IMG/VR virus record: IMGVR_UViG_3300005965_000002
Coordinates: 1-64,000 of that record
Length of the DNA: 64,000 bases
Direction: 5' to 3' (one strand)
In this document: one piece after another, positions 1-9,010 of the stretch
Position numbering within the stretch: the first letter of the stretch is position 1
Layout: the number at the start of each line of letters is the position of its first letter
Notes under the pieces: model-generated
Database searches by the model: none
The model's input: only the letters and a program-made list of their open reading frames with translations
Told to the model about the DNA's origin: nothing
Made by a program: the position numbers and the translations under genes

Positions 1-147
1 TTTCTCTTTAACAATCTTTTCAATATCGCTTAACTTAGCTTTAGGATTTTCCTTAAATCTATTATACGAAAATCTAATTACATTATTAAATTGCCTAATG
101 TAATCTTCGTTAATGTTTATTTGTATTTTAAATTTATAGGTTACCAT
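1..147 (-). CDS. N-terminus (runs off window) of a possible TnpB/IS607-OrfB-like protein
   Basis: MVTYKFKIQ...EDYIRQFNNVIRFSYNRFKE resembles the N-terminal helix of TnpB-like proteins; only 49 codons visible. Confidence 0.4.
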   Translation of the reverse strand, partial: MVTYKFKIQININEDYIRQFNNVIRFSYNRFKENPKAKLSDIEKIVKEK

Positions 148-351
148 AAAATATCTTTAAATGTTAAGATTTTATTATTATTTATACAATTATATTTTTA
201 CATAAAATTACAAATAAATTAAAATTATTTATCACCAGTTATAACACTTAATAGAATAGTACTGAATCTCAAACTTGTCAATTGGAATAATTAGAGTATC
301 CCAGAATTCAAAAGTATCGTTTTCGAATCCGTGATAGGCAGTTTCAGACAT

Positions 352-984
352 TTAGTCCATACCTCTTTCGGTATGTATTAATTTGATTAAATCCATTTGA
401 TTGCAGAGCATTACTTTAGCGTTCATGTATATTGATTCTTGCTGTATAAATAAGCGCCTTGCTTTTTTAATGCTTGGAAGTATAAAATTTTCAGTTTCCT
501 CTATATACCATTTTTGCCCTTTTTCCGTAAAGACATTAACCATTGTTTGGATATTATTAATCCTATCCCAGGGTTTTGTTAGGGATGCTATAGGGTCCTG
601 TGATATCTCATGGTGATACTGCTTTATATCCTTTTTTACATTTTCATACTTTTTTGTCATAGCCATTACAGATAACTGAATTCTTTCACCAAATTCATTT
701 TTTATATAACTGGAGGTTATGTCACAATCTTCTAGCACATCATGTAGAAAAATCACAGCTAAAGTTTCTTCGGAGTAGAGCAGCGTGGGCTCAAAAGCTT
801 TAGCATAGTTAGCTATTGAAAGCTGGTGCTGAAATTCAGGAGTAACACTATCTTTTCTTTTTCCGGAATGACATTTTAGCCCTAGCTCCATAGCCTTAAG
901 GGCTGTGTTGTAATTTCTCCCGAGGAGCCAGTAGCGCATCGCTATTTTTGATTTTTTGAAGAATCCCTTCGTCGTATATTCCAT
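352..984 (-). CDS. HD-domain small alarmone ((p)ppGpp) hydrolase-like protein
   Basis: H-x-G-x-RKD..P...H, LHDVLED and K..DR..N motifs of SpoT/Mesh1-type HD hydrolases. Confidence 0.8.
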   Translation of the reverse strand: MEYTTKGFFKKSKIAMRYWLLGRNYNTALKAMELGLKCHSGKRKDSVTPEFQHQLSIANYAKAFEPTLLYSEETLAVIFLHDVLEDCDITSSYIKNEFGERIQLSVMAMTKKYENVKKDIKQYHHEISQDPIASLTKPWDRINNIQTMVNVFTEKGQKWYIEETENFILPSIKKARRLFIQQESIYMNAKVMLCNQMDLIKLIHTERGMD

Positions 985-1217
985 ATTTCTTGAAACCTTC
1001 CTCTAGATAAGTACAGGTCGTATACTGTGCTAGGTATGTTTTTTTGAGTATACCCGCAATCGCTGCAAAAAAGTTCTAAAATTTCATCTTTAATCCTGGG
1101 TTCTAACTTCTTATGCTTGCTTTTAATGCAGGTCATTGGGTGTAAGAATTCCTGCTCCTGCCACCATCTTATAGCTTTGGTCTTCTCATCATTTGATAAG
1201 TTCCTTTTTTCTCTCAT
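942..1217 (-). CDS. hypothetical protein with Cys/His cluster
   Basis: ORF track; HPMTC...H...CSDC. Confidence 0.55.
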   Translation of the reverse strand: MREKRNLSNDEKTKAIRWWQEQEFLHPMTCIKSKHKKLEPRIKDEILELFCSDCGYTQKNIPSTVYDLYLSRGRFQEIWNIRRRDSSKNQK

Positions 1218-1890
1218 AAATTGTCAATCCATTGTTATTGGAATAATGCTTTTTTAACTCCCAATGGTCGTTTTCTTTCATAAACTCATCTATGGCGTCT
1301 AATATACCTCTATTATTAAACTCTCCTCTTTTACCCCATGTTTCTGTATCATGAAAAACTATATATTTTCTTGCTTTATTACCATGGCGTAAAAGTTCAT
1401 TTTTTACTTGATCGTATACGTGAAGAGAATCTACGAAAAGAAGATCCGTTTCCTCTATATTAGCTTCAAGGGTGCTTTCTATGTGGTAATGCATATCGAT
1501 GTTCATGCATAAGGCTAGTGCTTCAATTTGCTTAGCTCTTGGATGTTCGTTAATATCATATGTGTGTAATATGAAAGGTCGAGCTCTTACAAAAGCTATG
1601 GTTGAGTTCCCTCGGTGGGTGCCTAGCTCAGTGATATGTTCGCATTCTCTAGCCAGGTTATACAGGGTTTTTAAATGATCACTACAGTCGTAATTACCCT
1701 CAGTGGATTCCTTGTAATATTCTTCAATCATATCCGGTGCAGAACAAATAGATTTGAAGATGTTGATCAAAACATTATTATTCTGCAGGATGGTGCTGTT
1801 CGCAGATAGGGATCCTGAATTATGTAATTCATTTAGCTCATTTTGCGTTTCCCCTAATATGCGAAAAGCGTCTGAGAAAAGAGGGTTCAT
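1189..1890 (-). CDS. class I SAM-dependent methyltransferase (Methyltransf_24-like)
   Basis: ELGTHRGNST, DLLFVDSLH, IVFHD motifs. Confidence 0.75.
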   Translation of the reverse strand: MNPLFSDAFRILGETQNELNELHNSGSLSANSTILQNNNVLINIFKSICSAPDMIEEYYKESTEGNYDCSDHLKTLYNLARECEHITELGTHRGNSTIAFVRARPFILHTYDINEHPRAKQIEALALCMNIDMHYHIESTLEANIEETDLLFVDSLHVYDQVKNELLRHGNKARKYIVFHDTETWGKRGEFNNRGILDAIDEFMKENDHWELKKHYSNNNGLTIYERKKELIK

Positions 1891-2055
1891 TTAGTATCCT
1901 CCAATTTTTTCTTAAAATCCTTCAAGATTTCTATTAGTTCTTCTATTAGAATACCTGCATCTTCTTTAGAGAGAAGACTTACAGCATTATTCATGACCTG
2001 AGTAATTCTTTTTCTATAAAAATTAACGTTAGGCATTTGTCTATCCTTTTAAGAA

Positions 2056-2140
2056 TGGCGGAGGCGGAGAGATTTGAACTCCCAAGGCCCGAAGGCCGAA
2101 TCCTTTCCAGGGATTTCGCTTACCGTTAGCATACGCCTCC
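2056..2140 (-). tRNA. tRNA-Ser(GGA)
   Basis: Cloverleaf with long variable arm; AATCC-CTGGAAA-GGATT; CCA encoded. Confidence 0.93.
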
Positions 2141-2172
2141 AGTATCTTAATGTATTTTTATAAATCTTTTTT

Positions 2173-2610
2173 TTAAAGCTGTTTTTCCCACTTTTCTACG
2201 GGTCCAGGAATTACTTTGAAAAAAGGATTCACCTCTGGGTTATCTATGTTTTGGTACTTACTATATTTTTCAGGAGATCTTTTTCTAAGTTTATTCTGCA
2301 TTAAATGATTGAACTCATAAAACAGTTGCCCGTGAGTTACCGGAATTTTATCTATAATTTCACTGAAAGGTAGGATCTTAGAGGAGTCGTAATTGTACCC
2401 TCTTCTTGCAGCTTCTTCGTGAATTGAGGTAAGATAGCAGGAAATGTAGGAAAGAGGATCAGGCATAGATTGGAAGCGGATGAGCTGCGAGTGGTTTTTA
2501 TAACCTATCGTTTTACCTTGTAAAACTTTTTGGGCTAGGAGCGCTTCTCGCCAGCAACCTCCTAAACCTTTTTGATCAAGATAGGAAGGATGTATAGACC
2601 AAAGTCTCAT
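2173..2610 (-). CDS. pyrimidine-dimer DNA glycosylase (DenV/endonuclease V-like)
   Basis: MRLWSIHPSYLD..GL..CWREALLAQKVL signature. Confidence 0.85.
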   Translation of the reverse strand: MRLWSIHPSYLDQKGLGGCWREALLAQKVLQGKTIGYKNHSQLIRFQSMPDPLSYISCYLTSIHEEAARRGYNYDSSKILPFSEIIDKIPVTHGQLFYEFNHLMQNKLRKRSPEKYSKYQNIDNPEVNPFFKVIPGPVEKWEKQL

Positions 2611-2924
2611 TTATATCTTACCGTGCTTGTTTTCCCATTCTTCCCGGAACCTTCTAGCGTACTTATTGACCCATTCTTCACAAGCTTCTTCATCTAGGTC
2701 TCTTCCTTCTTGTTCACTTCTGATCCATTTATACTTCTCGATTTCTTCTATTTCATCCTTCATAAACTTGAAATATTTGCTGTCAGGATTAATAGGAGAA
2801 GGAGGGAAGCTGTCGTCCTTACAGCATATACCAGTAGATCCCTTTAAACACGGCATCGATACTCCCCTGTATATTGGTGCCTGAGGGGGGACTTGAACCC
2901 CCACACCTTTCGGCACTAGATCCT

Positions 2925-3716
2925 CTTACTACTCCTAGTTTCCCAGGCCCTCTCGGTTGTAGTCTGGACTATATCTTCACCCTCAGTTTTACCTGTAGGG
3001 GCCTGACGTATAGTCTCTGAGGGGTCACTAAGACTTCCCTGCGGATTGCCGATTATTATCCATACAGATTTTTACTAATAATCTGCTAATAAGTTGGCAG
3101 ACTCATAGTACTGTAGGCTTTACGGGTTTCCCGCATATAGTCAGGTTTCACGCTCCCAATTACTTGAAAGGTGCTCAGGATATGAAGAACATTTCAAAAG
3201 AACTTCTTAAAAAATACTATCTACAGCAAAAACTTACACCCTATAAAATAGGAGAACTCTTTGGAGTTAACCACAAAACTGTAAGGAGCTACTTAAAAAA
3301 ATACCAAATACCCATGCGTACTGCCTCAGAATATAATTTTTTAGCCCGTAAGAGTCATACAAGACCCGACAAAAAAAAGTTACAAAGTAAATTATCCATT
3401 GCCGGGCATTCTGCTTTTCTTTGTGAAGGTTGGCATACAGAAAAAACAAATGCTTTTTATTTCTGTAATACAGATCCCGCCCTCATTCTTTTGGTCCTTA
3501 ATACGCTAAAAAGGATTTATCAAGTTAAAAGAATCGCTATACAAATAATAGCTAAAGAAAAAACAGGAACTAAAAAATTATTTGATATCTTTCCAGAAGC
3601 CTCCTTTATTGTTGAAAAAGATAGAAAAACTCCTATAGTTCGCCTTAGGTGTGGGGGTAAAAATCTTGCTAGAGAAGTAATAGAAAATTCTTACAGAATA
3701 GTTACTTCACTTTACT
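2925..3716 (-). ncRNA. group I intron (792 nt) in anticodon of tRNA-Leu(TAG)
   Basis: Inserted after U34, ends in G; core elements TCAGAGACTA and AAGATATAGTCC present. Confidence 0.9.
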
Positions 3717-3718
3717 AA
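3182..3718 (+). CDS. HTH + LAGLIDADG-like homing endonuclease encoded antisense inside the intron
   Basis: N-terminal HTH (LTPYKIGELFGVNHKTVRSYL), then AFLCEG...F.NTDP.LI motif; ATG at 3182 preferred over TTG at 3164. Confidence 0.65.
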   Translation: MKNISKELLKKYYLQQKLTPYKIGELFGVNHKTVRSYLKKYQIPMRTASEYNFLARKSHTRPDKKKLQSKLSIAGHSAFLCEGWHTEKTNAFYFCNTDPALILLVLNTLKRIYQVKRIAIQIIAKEKTGTKKLFDIFPEASFIVEKDRKTPIVRLRCGGKNLAREVIENSYRIVTSLY

Positions 3719-3802
3719 GTCTAGCGTGTCTGCCGTTCCACCACTCAGGCATGTAAACCTCGTTAACAATATACTTATCTGTTTTTACTATTTAAACTAC
3801 AG

Positions 3803-4072
3803 CTAGCAATATTTGAAATTTTGAATAAGATATGCTATGTCTTTTGCTGCATGGACTTCGTCGGGTCCTTCCGCTCGAACTATGATAACTTCGCCTTGTA
3901 AGAAAGCAGCGGTAAGTATGTAGAGGATATTATTAGTTGGGAATATGTGAGGGTTTGTTTTTCTTCGAAGTGTTACTGTAGATTTGTAATTGCGGCAGGA
4001 AACAACGATATCACGGGAAGGCCTTGCGTGGATCCCTTTATCGTTGTTGATTCGTGCCTCAACCTCAAACAT
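3803..4072 (-). CDS. ptsH: HPr-family phosphocarrier protein
   Basis: GIHARP active-site motif; AEGPDE..A C-terminal motif. Confidence 0.85.
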   Translation of the reverse strand: MFEVEARINNDKGIHARPSRDIVVSCRNYKSTVTLRRKTNPHIFPTNNILYILTAAFLQGEVIIVRAEGPDEVHAAKDIAYLIQNFKYC

Positions 4073-4094
4073 AGAAGTCCTATTTTATTAGTAG

Positions 4095-4167
4095 TGGAGC
4101 TGCGGGGGTTCAAACCCCGGACCTCAACGCTGCCAGCGTCGCGCTCTCCCAACTGAGCTACCGCCCC
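4095..4167 (-). tRNA. tRNA-Ala(GGC)
   Basis: G3:U70 pair; loop CTGGCAG; tail CTA rather than CCA. Confidence 0.88.
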
Positions 4168-4205
4168 GGAATTTATAGTAGGCACAATTATGAATGAATT
4201 ATTAA

Positions 4206-4278
4206 AGCCGGTGGAGGGATTCGAACCCCCGACCAGAGGTTTACAAAACCCCTGCTCTGGCCACTGAGCTACACCGGC
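4206..4278 (-). tRNA. tRNA-Thr(TGT)
   Basis: Cloverleaf; loop TTTGTAA; no CCA. Confidence 0.92.
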
Positions 4279-4328
4279 ATTAAAAATATTCTATTATGGA
4301 AAACACTAAGGAAGGAATCAAGCCTATT

Positions 4329-4550
4329 TTATTTTTTGGACTTTGGCTTAATCAGTCCTTCTTCCATCTTTTTCTGCATTTCTAATTTTCTTTTGGCCGA
4401 TTCTCTTTGTACACGTTTTACAATACACGGCTTTTCGAATCTTCTTCTTTTCTTCATTTCAGAAAGAATGCCGCCATTATCAATTACTTTGGAAAAGCGC
4501 CTGATAGCTTTTTCAATATTTTCGTTATCTCTTATTCTGATGCCATTCAT
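4329..4550 (-). CDS. rpsU: ribosomal protein bS21
   Basis: ENIEKAIRRF...GILSEMKKRRRFEKP signature. Confidence 0.9.
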   Translation of the reverse strand: MNGIRIRDNENIEKAIRRFSKVIDNGGILSEMKKRRRFEKPCIVKRVQRESAKRKLEMQKKMEEGLIKPKSKK

Positions 4551-4575
4551 TTCGTTATTTGCTCCTAATAAAAAA

Positions 4576-4797
4576 AGCGGGGGGTGGGATTCGAACCCAC
4601 AGCGATTATCCCTAACCGGATTATTTTTCAGACGCTAGGGTTTCCGTTATTACGGTTCCTCATCATTGTTCGGGCTATAGCTAGCTCTGTTCAGGCCCGA
4701 ACCCAGGTAGAGGCGTGCAACCGGTCTCGCTTAACCCGGTCAGTTTGTTTTCTCCCGAACCTGGATGGGAGGCGTCTACCAATTCCGCCACCCCCGC
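4576..4797 (-). ncRNA. 222-nt tRNA-like RNA with ~140-nt structured insertion
   Basis: Acceptor GCGGGGG/CCCCCGC, Leu-type D arm, canonical T arm; several hairpins between anticodon-like arm and T arm. Confidence 0.75.
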
Positions 4798-4854
4798 TTA
4801 TTACTATAATATACCAATTCTATGGATGTTTTTAAAAAAATTATTAACAAATAA

Positions 4855-5715
4855 TTAGAATTCTACTAATTGGGTTTTCATTTTTCTTACAGTAGCATGG
4901 TGAAAAAGCTTTCTAATAGCTCTTTCTTTTATCTGTCTTACTCTTTCTCTTGTAAGATTAAGCTTATCTCCAATTTCTTGGAGATTATAGCAATGTCGGT
5001 CATATAGGCCAAAATGAAGCCTACATATCTCTTTTTCTCTTTCAGAGAGTACCTGCAACAACTCAGTTACTAATTTTTGAGTTGTCTCCGCGTGAAGAAA
5101 TTCGTTTGCAGTAATCGTATCTTGATCCTCCAGTGTATCTTTAACGGTTGCGTTTCCTTCCCCGATAGGAGAATCTATTGAGATATAAGGAGTATACATA
5201 GAATGAAGCCATTGGTACTCACTATAGCTATCGATATTAAGCTCAGCCATTATCTCCGAGGGTTCCGGTTCTCTCCTAAGCTCCTGCTGTAGCTTAATAA
5301 TGGCTTTCTTATACTGATCAAAAATAGGCACTCTGTTAATAGGTATCCGAGCAATCCTACTTTGGTTTGCTAACGCTTCTAAAACCTGCTGCCTAATCCA
5401 CCAGACAGCATAAGATATAAATTTATACCCTTTTTTATAATCAAACTTTTTAGCTGCCTTAATAAGTCCGATGTTTCCGATGTTAATCAGATCTTCTAAA
5501 GGCAACCCTTGATGCTGGTAAACACTTACTACATTTATCACAAAACGGAGGTTACCAAGAATTAGTTCTTCCTCGGCCTTTTTATCCCCTTTTGCTATAC
5601 GAATTGCCAGGTTTTTCTCTTGTTCATAGCTAAAATTTTTATATTTACTTATATCACAAAAGTAGATATCTAAAAGAGAATTACCGGTATCTGGTTTACT
5701 TTTTGTATTTTTCAT
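4855..5715 (-). CDS. sigma-70 (RpoD/RpoS-like) factor lacking region 1.1
   Basis: NLRFV, GNIGLIKAAKKFD, FISYAVWWIRQ, TRERVRQI; start moved to ATG 5715 because the upstream part of the track ORF is a tRNA. Confidence 0.92.
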   Translation of the reverse strand: MKNTKSKPDTGNSLLDIYFCDISKYKNFSYEQEKNLAIRIAKGDKKAEEELILGNLRFVINVVSVYQHQGLPLEDLINIGNIGLIKAAKKFDYKKGYKFISYAVWWIRQQVLEALANQSRIARIPINRVPIFDQYKKAIIKLQQELRREPEPSEIMAELNIDSYSEYQWLHSMYTPYISIDSPIGEGNATVKDTLEDQDTITANEFLHAETTQKLVTELLQVLSEREKEICRLHFGLYDRHCYNLQEIGDKLNLTRERVRQIKERAIRKLFHHATVRKMKTQLVEF

Positions 5716-5726
5716 AGTATAAAAAA

Positions 5727-5817
5727 TGGCGGAGGGTGAGGGACTCGAACCCCCAACACCCGAAGGTGACCGGTTTTCAAGACCGGAGCGGTCAACCAAA
5801 TTACGCTTTAACCCTCC
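5727..5817 (-). tRNA. tRNA-Ser(TGA)
   Basis: CCGGT-CTTGAAA-ACCGG, long variable arm, CCA. Confidence 0.92.
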
Positions 5818-6188
5818 TACTGTTTAGTCAAGATTCTCCAATGTTCGAATTTACCAAAAATATTGTTATTAAGGTATGTAGGTAGATTCTTTCTATCGCA
5901 TATAAATAGCAATTGGTATAGATCTTCCGTAAATGCTACTGTAGTTTCAGCGATGCCCTCTATAAAACAAATACCTTTATAGTTTGCTGTTGCCCCACTA
6001 TTAACGTCATACTTTCTTAAAAAATTCAAAAAACCTTCTAAGACTTCATGGTGGAAGCCCTCTTTCTCAAAAAGATAAACAAAAGGGTTTTTCTCCTTTA
6101 ACCTCTTTTCTTCATCTTTAAAGATTTCATAAAGGTCCCTTATATCTTCTTCCGTGTAATAGATAGGCTTAGTTATTGGCTTTTTCAT
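5817..6188 (-). CDS. hypothetical protein
   Basis: ORF track, RBS-like GAGG upstream. Confidence 0.55.
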   Translation of the reverse strand: MKKPITKPIYYTEEDIRDLYEIFKDEEKRLKEKNPFVYLFEKEGFHHEVLEGFLNFLRKYDVNSGATANYKGICFIEGIAETTVAFTEDLYQLLFICDRKNLPTYLNNNIFGKFEHWRILTKQ

Positions 6189-6532
6189 GCCTCGGTTTTA
6201 CCTCGTTATTTATTAGTATAACCTTTGGGTTCGTAACTCCTTGTGATAAATAAGAATAAAACCTTAAGCAGCTGTTGCATTCATACGTGTTAGCTCTTTT
6301 TTAGGCTCTTTTGTAGGAAAAGATCCTATACGAAAAACGTATTTTCCACACCGTGCACAATTTTTATTGACTCTTAGTGGCGTAGTCATGTTTTATCCTT
6401 TCTCTATATCATAATATACTAATTGGGTAAGATTATTTAAATTAGAATATTAGGCAGATATTAGTAATAATCTTCTAATCTTTTCCACTTTATTACTTGT
6501 AATGCTTATATAAATTTTATTGGGGTGAAACA

Positions 6533-7360
6533 ATGTTCGAATATTTACAAGGCTTACATCCTTTGCTTTCCTATTCTTTATCCACTCTCCTTGTAATAGC
6601 TGCGGTAATTATTTCTCTTTTTGCTAAAATAAAATGGGATAAACAATCTTTATCAATAGGCGGTACAGATGACGGAGATAAAAAGAATAATATTAAAGAA
6701 GCTAATCAAAAATCGAGTACCGTTAAGGTTCAGGAAAGAAATTGTATTGACTGCGTTTTTTATGTACTAGCATTAAGAGAGAAGTTTGAAATAGAATACG
6801 TGGCCGTAAAAGATAGCGTGTTAAAGGATCAGATGAATTTTGCTGAACAGAAGTTAAGCGAAGTCAAGACCACTGCTACCACTGAGTTTACTAAAAAATT
6901 GAAAGATCTAGAGCTTAATAAAAACGGAGATATTAGCATAGAAGAGCAATTTTTCAGGGAGACTACTCGTTACGAACTCTTCTGTAGTGTACTAAGAGAA
7001 GTAATGCATATTATTAAAGATGAAATAAGAAGATCCTTTAAGGAAAACGGTTATTTCGATTTTCAAGAAGGTGAGTTTTCTAACTACTTACGTAATAAAA
7101 TGGACTACTTAGAAAGTTTAGCTCTCAACCATTTTTCATCTCGTTATCCTTCATATAATAAAATTTTACCTCTTAGTGAGATCAAAGAAATTTACTTGGA
7201 TAACCGAAAAGAGCTAGAATCGACTTTAAGAGAAGTTTTTACAATTAGTAGAAGTATTAAGACTAAAGCGGATACAGAGGTTAAGAATAAAAAAGAAGAA
7301 TTCAAGAAAAGAATTGATAGCTTTATAAATAAAAGAAATAAAGCCCAGGATGAGGATTGA
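6533..7360 (+). CDS. hypothetical membrane-anchored helical protein
   Basis: N-terminal hydrophobic segment; preceded by the TAATAATCnnnTAAT motif. Confidence 0.65.
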   Translation: MFEYLQGLHPLLSYSLSTLLVIAAVIISLFAKIKWDKQSLSIGGTDDGDKKNNIKEANQKSSTVKVQERNCIDCVFYVLALREKFEIEYVAVKDSVLKDQMNFAEQKLSEVKTTATTEFTKKLKDLELNKNGDISIEEQFFRETTRYELFCSVLREVMHIIKDEIRRSFKENGYFDFQEGEFSNYLRNKMDYLESLALNHFSSRYPSYNKILPLSEIKEIYLDNRKELESTLREVFTISRSIKTKADTEVKNKKEEFKKRIDSFINKRNKAQDED

Positions 7361-7413
7361 ACTCACGACCCCTACCTTACCAAGGTAGTACTCTACCACT
7401 GAGCTACCTGGGC
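7342..7413 (-). tRNA. tRNA-Thr(GGT)
   Basis: Loop TTGGTAA; no CCA. Confidence 0.92.
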
Positions 7414-7417
7414 GTAA

Positions 7418-7495
7418 TGGGGTGACCGAGGGGAATTAAACCCCCAACCACCAGAGCCACAATCTGGTGCTCTACCCGGTTGAGCTACGGCCACC
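7418..7495 (-). tRNA. tRNA-His(GTG)
   Basis: Loop TTGTGGC; G-1:C73; CCA. Confidence 0.92.
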
Positions 7496-7836
7496 ATAAA
7501 TTCATTTATGCAGATTTTAAAATATTTGACAGATAGGAAATAATGTCTGTGCTCTCGTCAGCTCTGTTGCGGGGTAGCTTATGCAGTTTACTTAAAGCTT
7601 TCTCAACCGTCTCCCGGTCAATATCCATCGGCAGCTCATTTATCTTCTCAGGAGATAGTATTTTTACCTTGTAGTGTCCGTTTCCATTTGATGCGAATAA
7701 TACCTTTATGAGCTTACCCTGGTTGTAAAAAAATTCCTGGTAATTAGGTTTTGACATTCTTCGTCTCCGTTTGTATGATAGACGATAATAGAATGCCTAT
7801 TAAGAGATTATTAGTTGTGAACAAAATAACGAAAAA

Positions 7837-7912
7837 TGGCAGACCCGAAGGGACTCGAACCCCCAACCACTGGTTTTGGAGACCAGGACTCTACCAATTG
7901 AGCTACGGGCCT
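7837..7912 (-). tRNA. tRNA-Trp(CCA)
   Basis: CTGGT-CTCCAAA-ACCAG; CCA. Confidence 0.93.
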
Positions 7913-7914
7913 GT

Positions 7915-8811
7915 TTAATATCCTATTAATTTTCTCATTAAGTGTTTTCTATATCTGTTCATGATTTTGTGCCTACCCGCAGTTCTCCCTACGACTGTAT
8001 CTTCCGGTGCCCTCTCGTGGAGAAAGTGCTTAATGTATGTGTTTGTTATCAGCCTACACTCAACACCAGCAAACATAGAATCTACCCCAAAGGCCACGTC
8101 CTCATGGCCCCAGGATTTGAATTCAGTGTCATCGAAGTAGAATAGATCATCGTTTATTCTTCTTATTGCTTTTAAGCCTGGAACGTCTATTGCAAAGTTA
8201 CATGACCAAGTAATTCTACCTGTAAGGATAAGATCCATCTTCTCGTTAAATGAAGTCATTTTATTATACAGATCTACTATTCCTGAGATATCCCGATAAT
8301 CTTTATAATCGAGCTCGCGCTCAAAATAAAGGTTATCGTAAAGATTGTCGCTGTTCGAGTTCAAAAAAGAAGAGGGCATCTTATCTACTGGCATATAGCA
8401 ACAGGACTCATCGTCTTTTAAGAACTCTTCAAAATCTTCAGGCCGTTGTATATGCTCTCTCATTCCGTAGAAGCCCACACACTCACTACCATACTCTGAG
8501 AAAGCTTTCTCATAATTTTCTATAAAGTGTTTATTCGCTGGGAAAGAATCTCCGTCGAAGAATACCAGATAATTATTACCCATGGTGAGTGCTTTGTTGA
8601 TACCTATGTTTCTCCCCCGGGCTCTTCCTACTGATTTTTCATTACGGATCACTGTCACAAGGGTATCCACAATTGGGTAGAAAGGTTCTATGGAACCATC
8701 ATCTACGACAATGATGTTTCGAGGTAGTACTGTTTGCTCACAGAGTTTTGCTATTGCATAATTAACAAAATTTTGCTGATCTCGGCAAAGTATAATTACT
8801 GATGTGCTCAT
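7915..8811 (-). CDS. glycosyltransferase family 2
   Basis: SVIIL, IIVVDDGS, RNIG, FFDGD, WGHED motifs. Confidence 0.85.
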   Translation of the reverse strand: MSTSVIILCRDQQNFVNYAIAKLCEQTVLPRNIIVVDDGSIEPFYPIVDTLVTVIRNEKSVGRARGRNIGINKALTMGNNYLVFFDGDSFPANKHFIENYEKAFSEYGSECVGFYGMREHIQRPEDFEEFLKDDESCCYMPVDKMPSSFLNSNSDNLYDNLYFERELDYKDYRDISGIVDLYNKMTSFNEKMDLILTGRITWSCNFAIDVPGLKAIRRINDDLFYFDDTEFKSWGHEDVAFGVDSMFAGVECRLITNTYIKHFLHERAPEDTVVGRTAGRHKIMNRYRKHLMRKLIGY

Positions 8812-9010
8812 TATTTTACCAATTTAGCTTCTTTTCTAAGTACCTTTTTTCCATTATCATAGTCGTACTTAATTATATAGTCTTCATCGTTAGCTGGGCA
8901 GCTTACAAGTATATGATCACCAAAATCTCCTAAGATAGTATCTTCCTCAGTGAAGATATAACCAGTGTCTGGATCCTGTGGATATTTGGAATAGTCTAGT
9001 TTAAAACAAT

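Larger units (their letters stand above)
2875..3750 (-). tRNA. tRNA-Leu(TAG) interrupted by group I intron (exons 3750-3717 and 2924-2875)
   Basis: Joining exons gives CTAGA-CTT|AGGA-TCTAG, Leu-type D and variable arms, CCA. Confidence 0.9.

Noticed and set aside
4620-4670. TGATGA...GAAA inside the 222-nt RNA as a hammerhead ribozyme
   Set aside because: The core reads ATGATGA rather than CTGATGA, and stems I/III could not be built.
4584-4835. Short ORF-track entries overlapping tRNAs or antisense to real genes (e.g. 3947, 3973, 4584, 14067, 40434, 47278, 58069, 59428)
   Set aside because: Shadow ORFs explained by RNA genes or opposite-strand CDSs.
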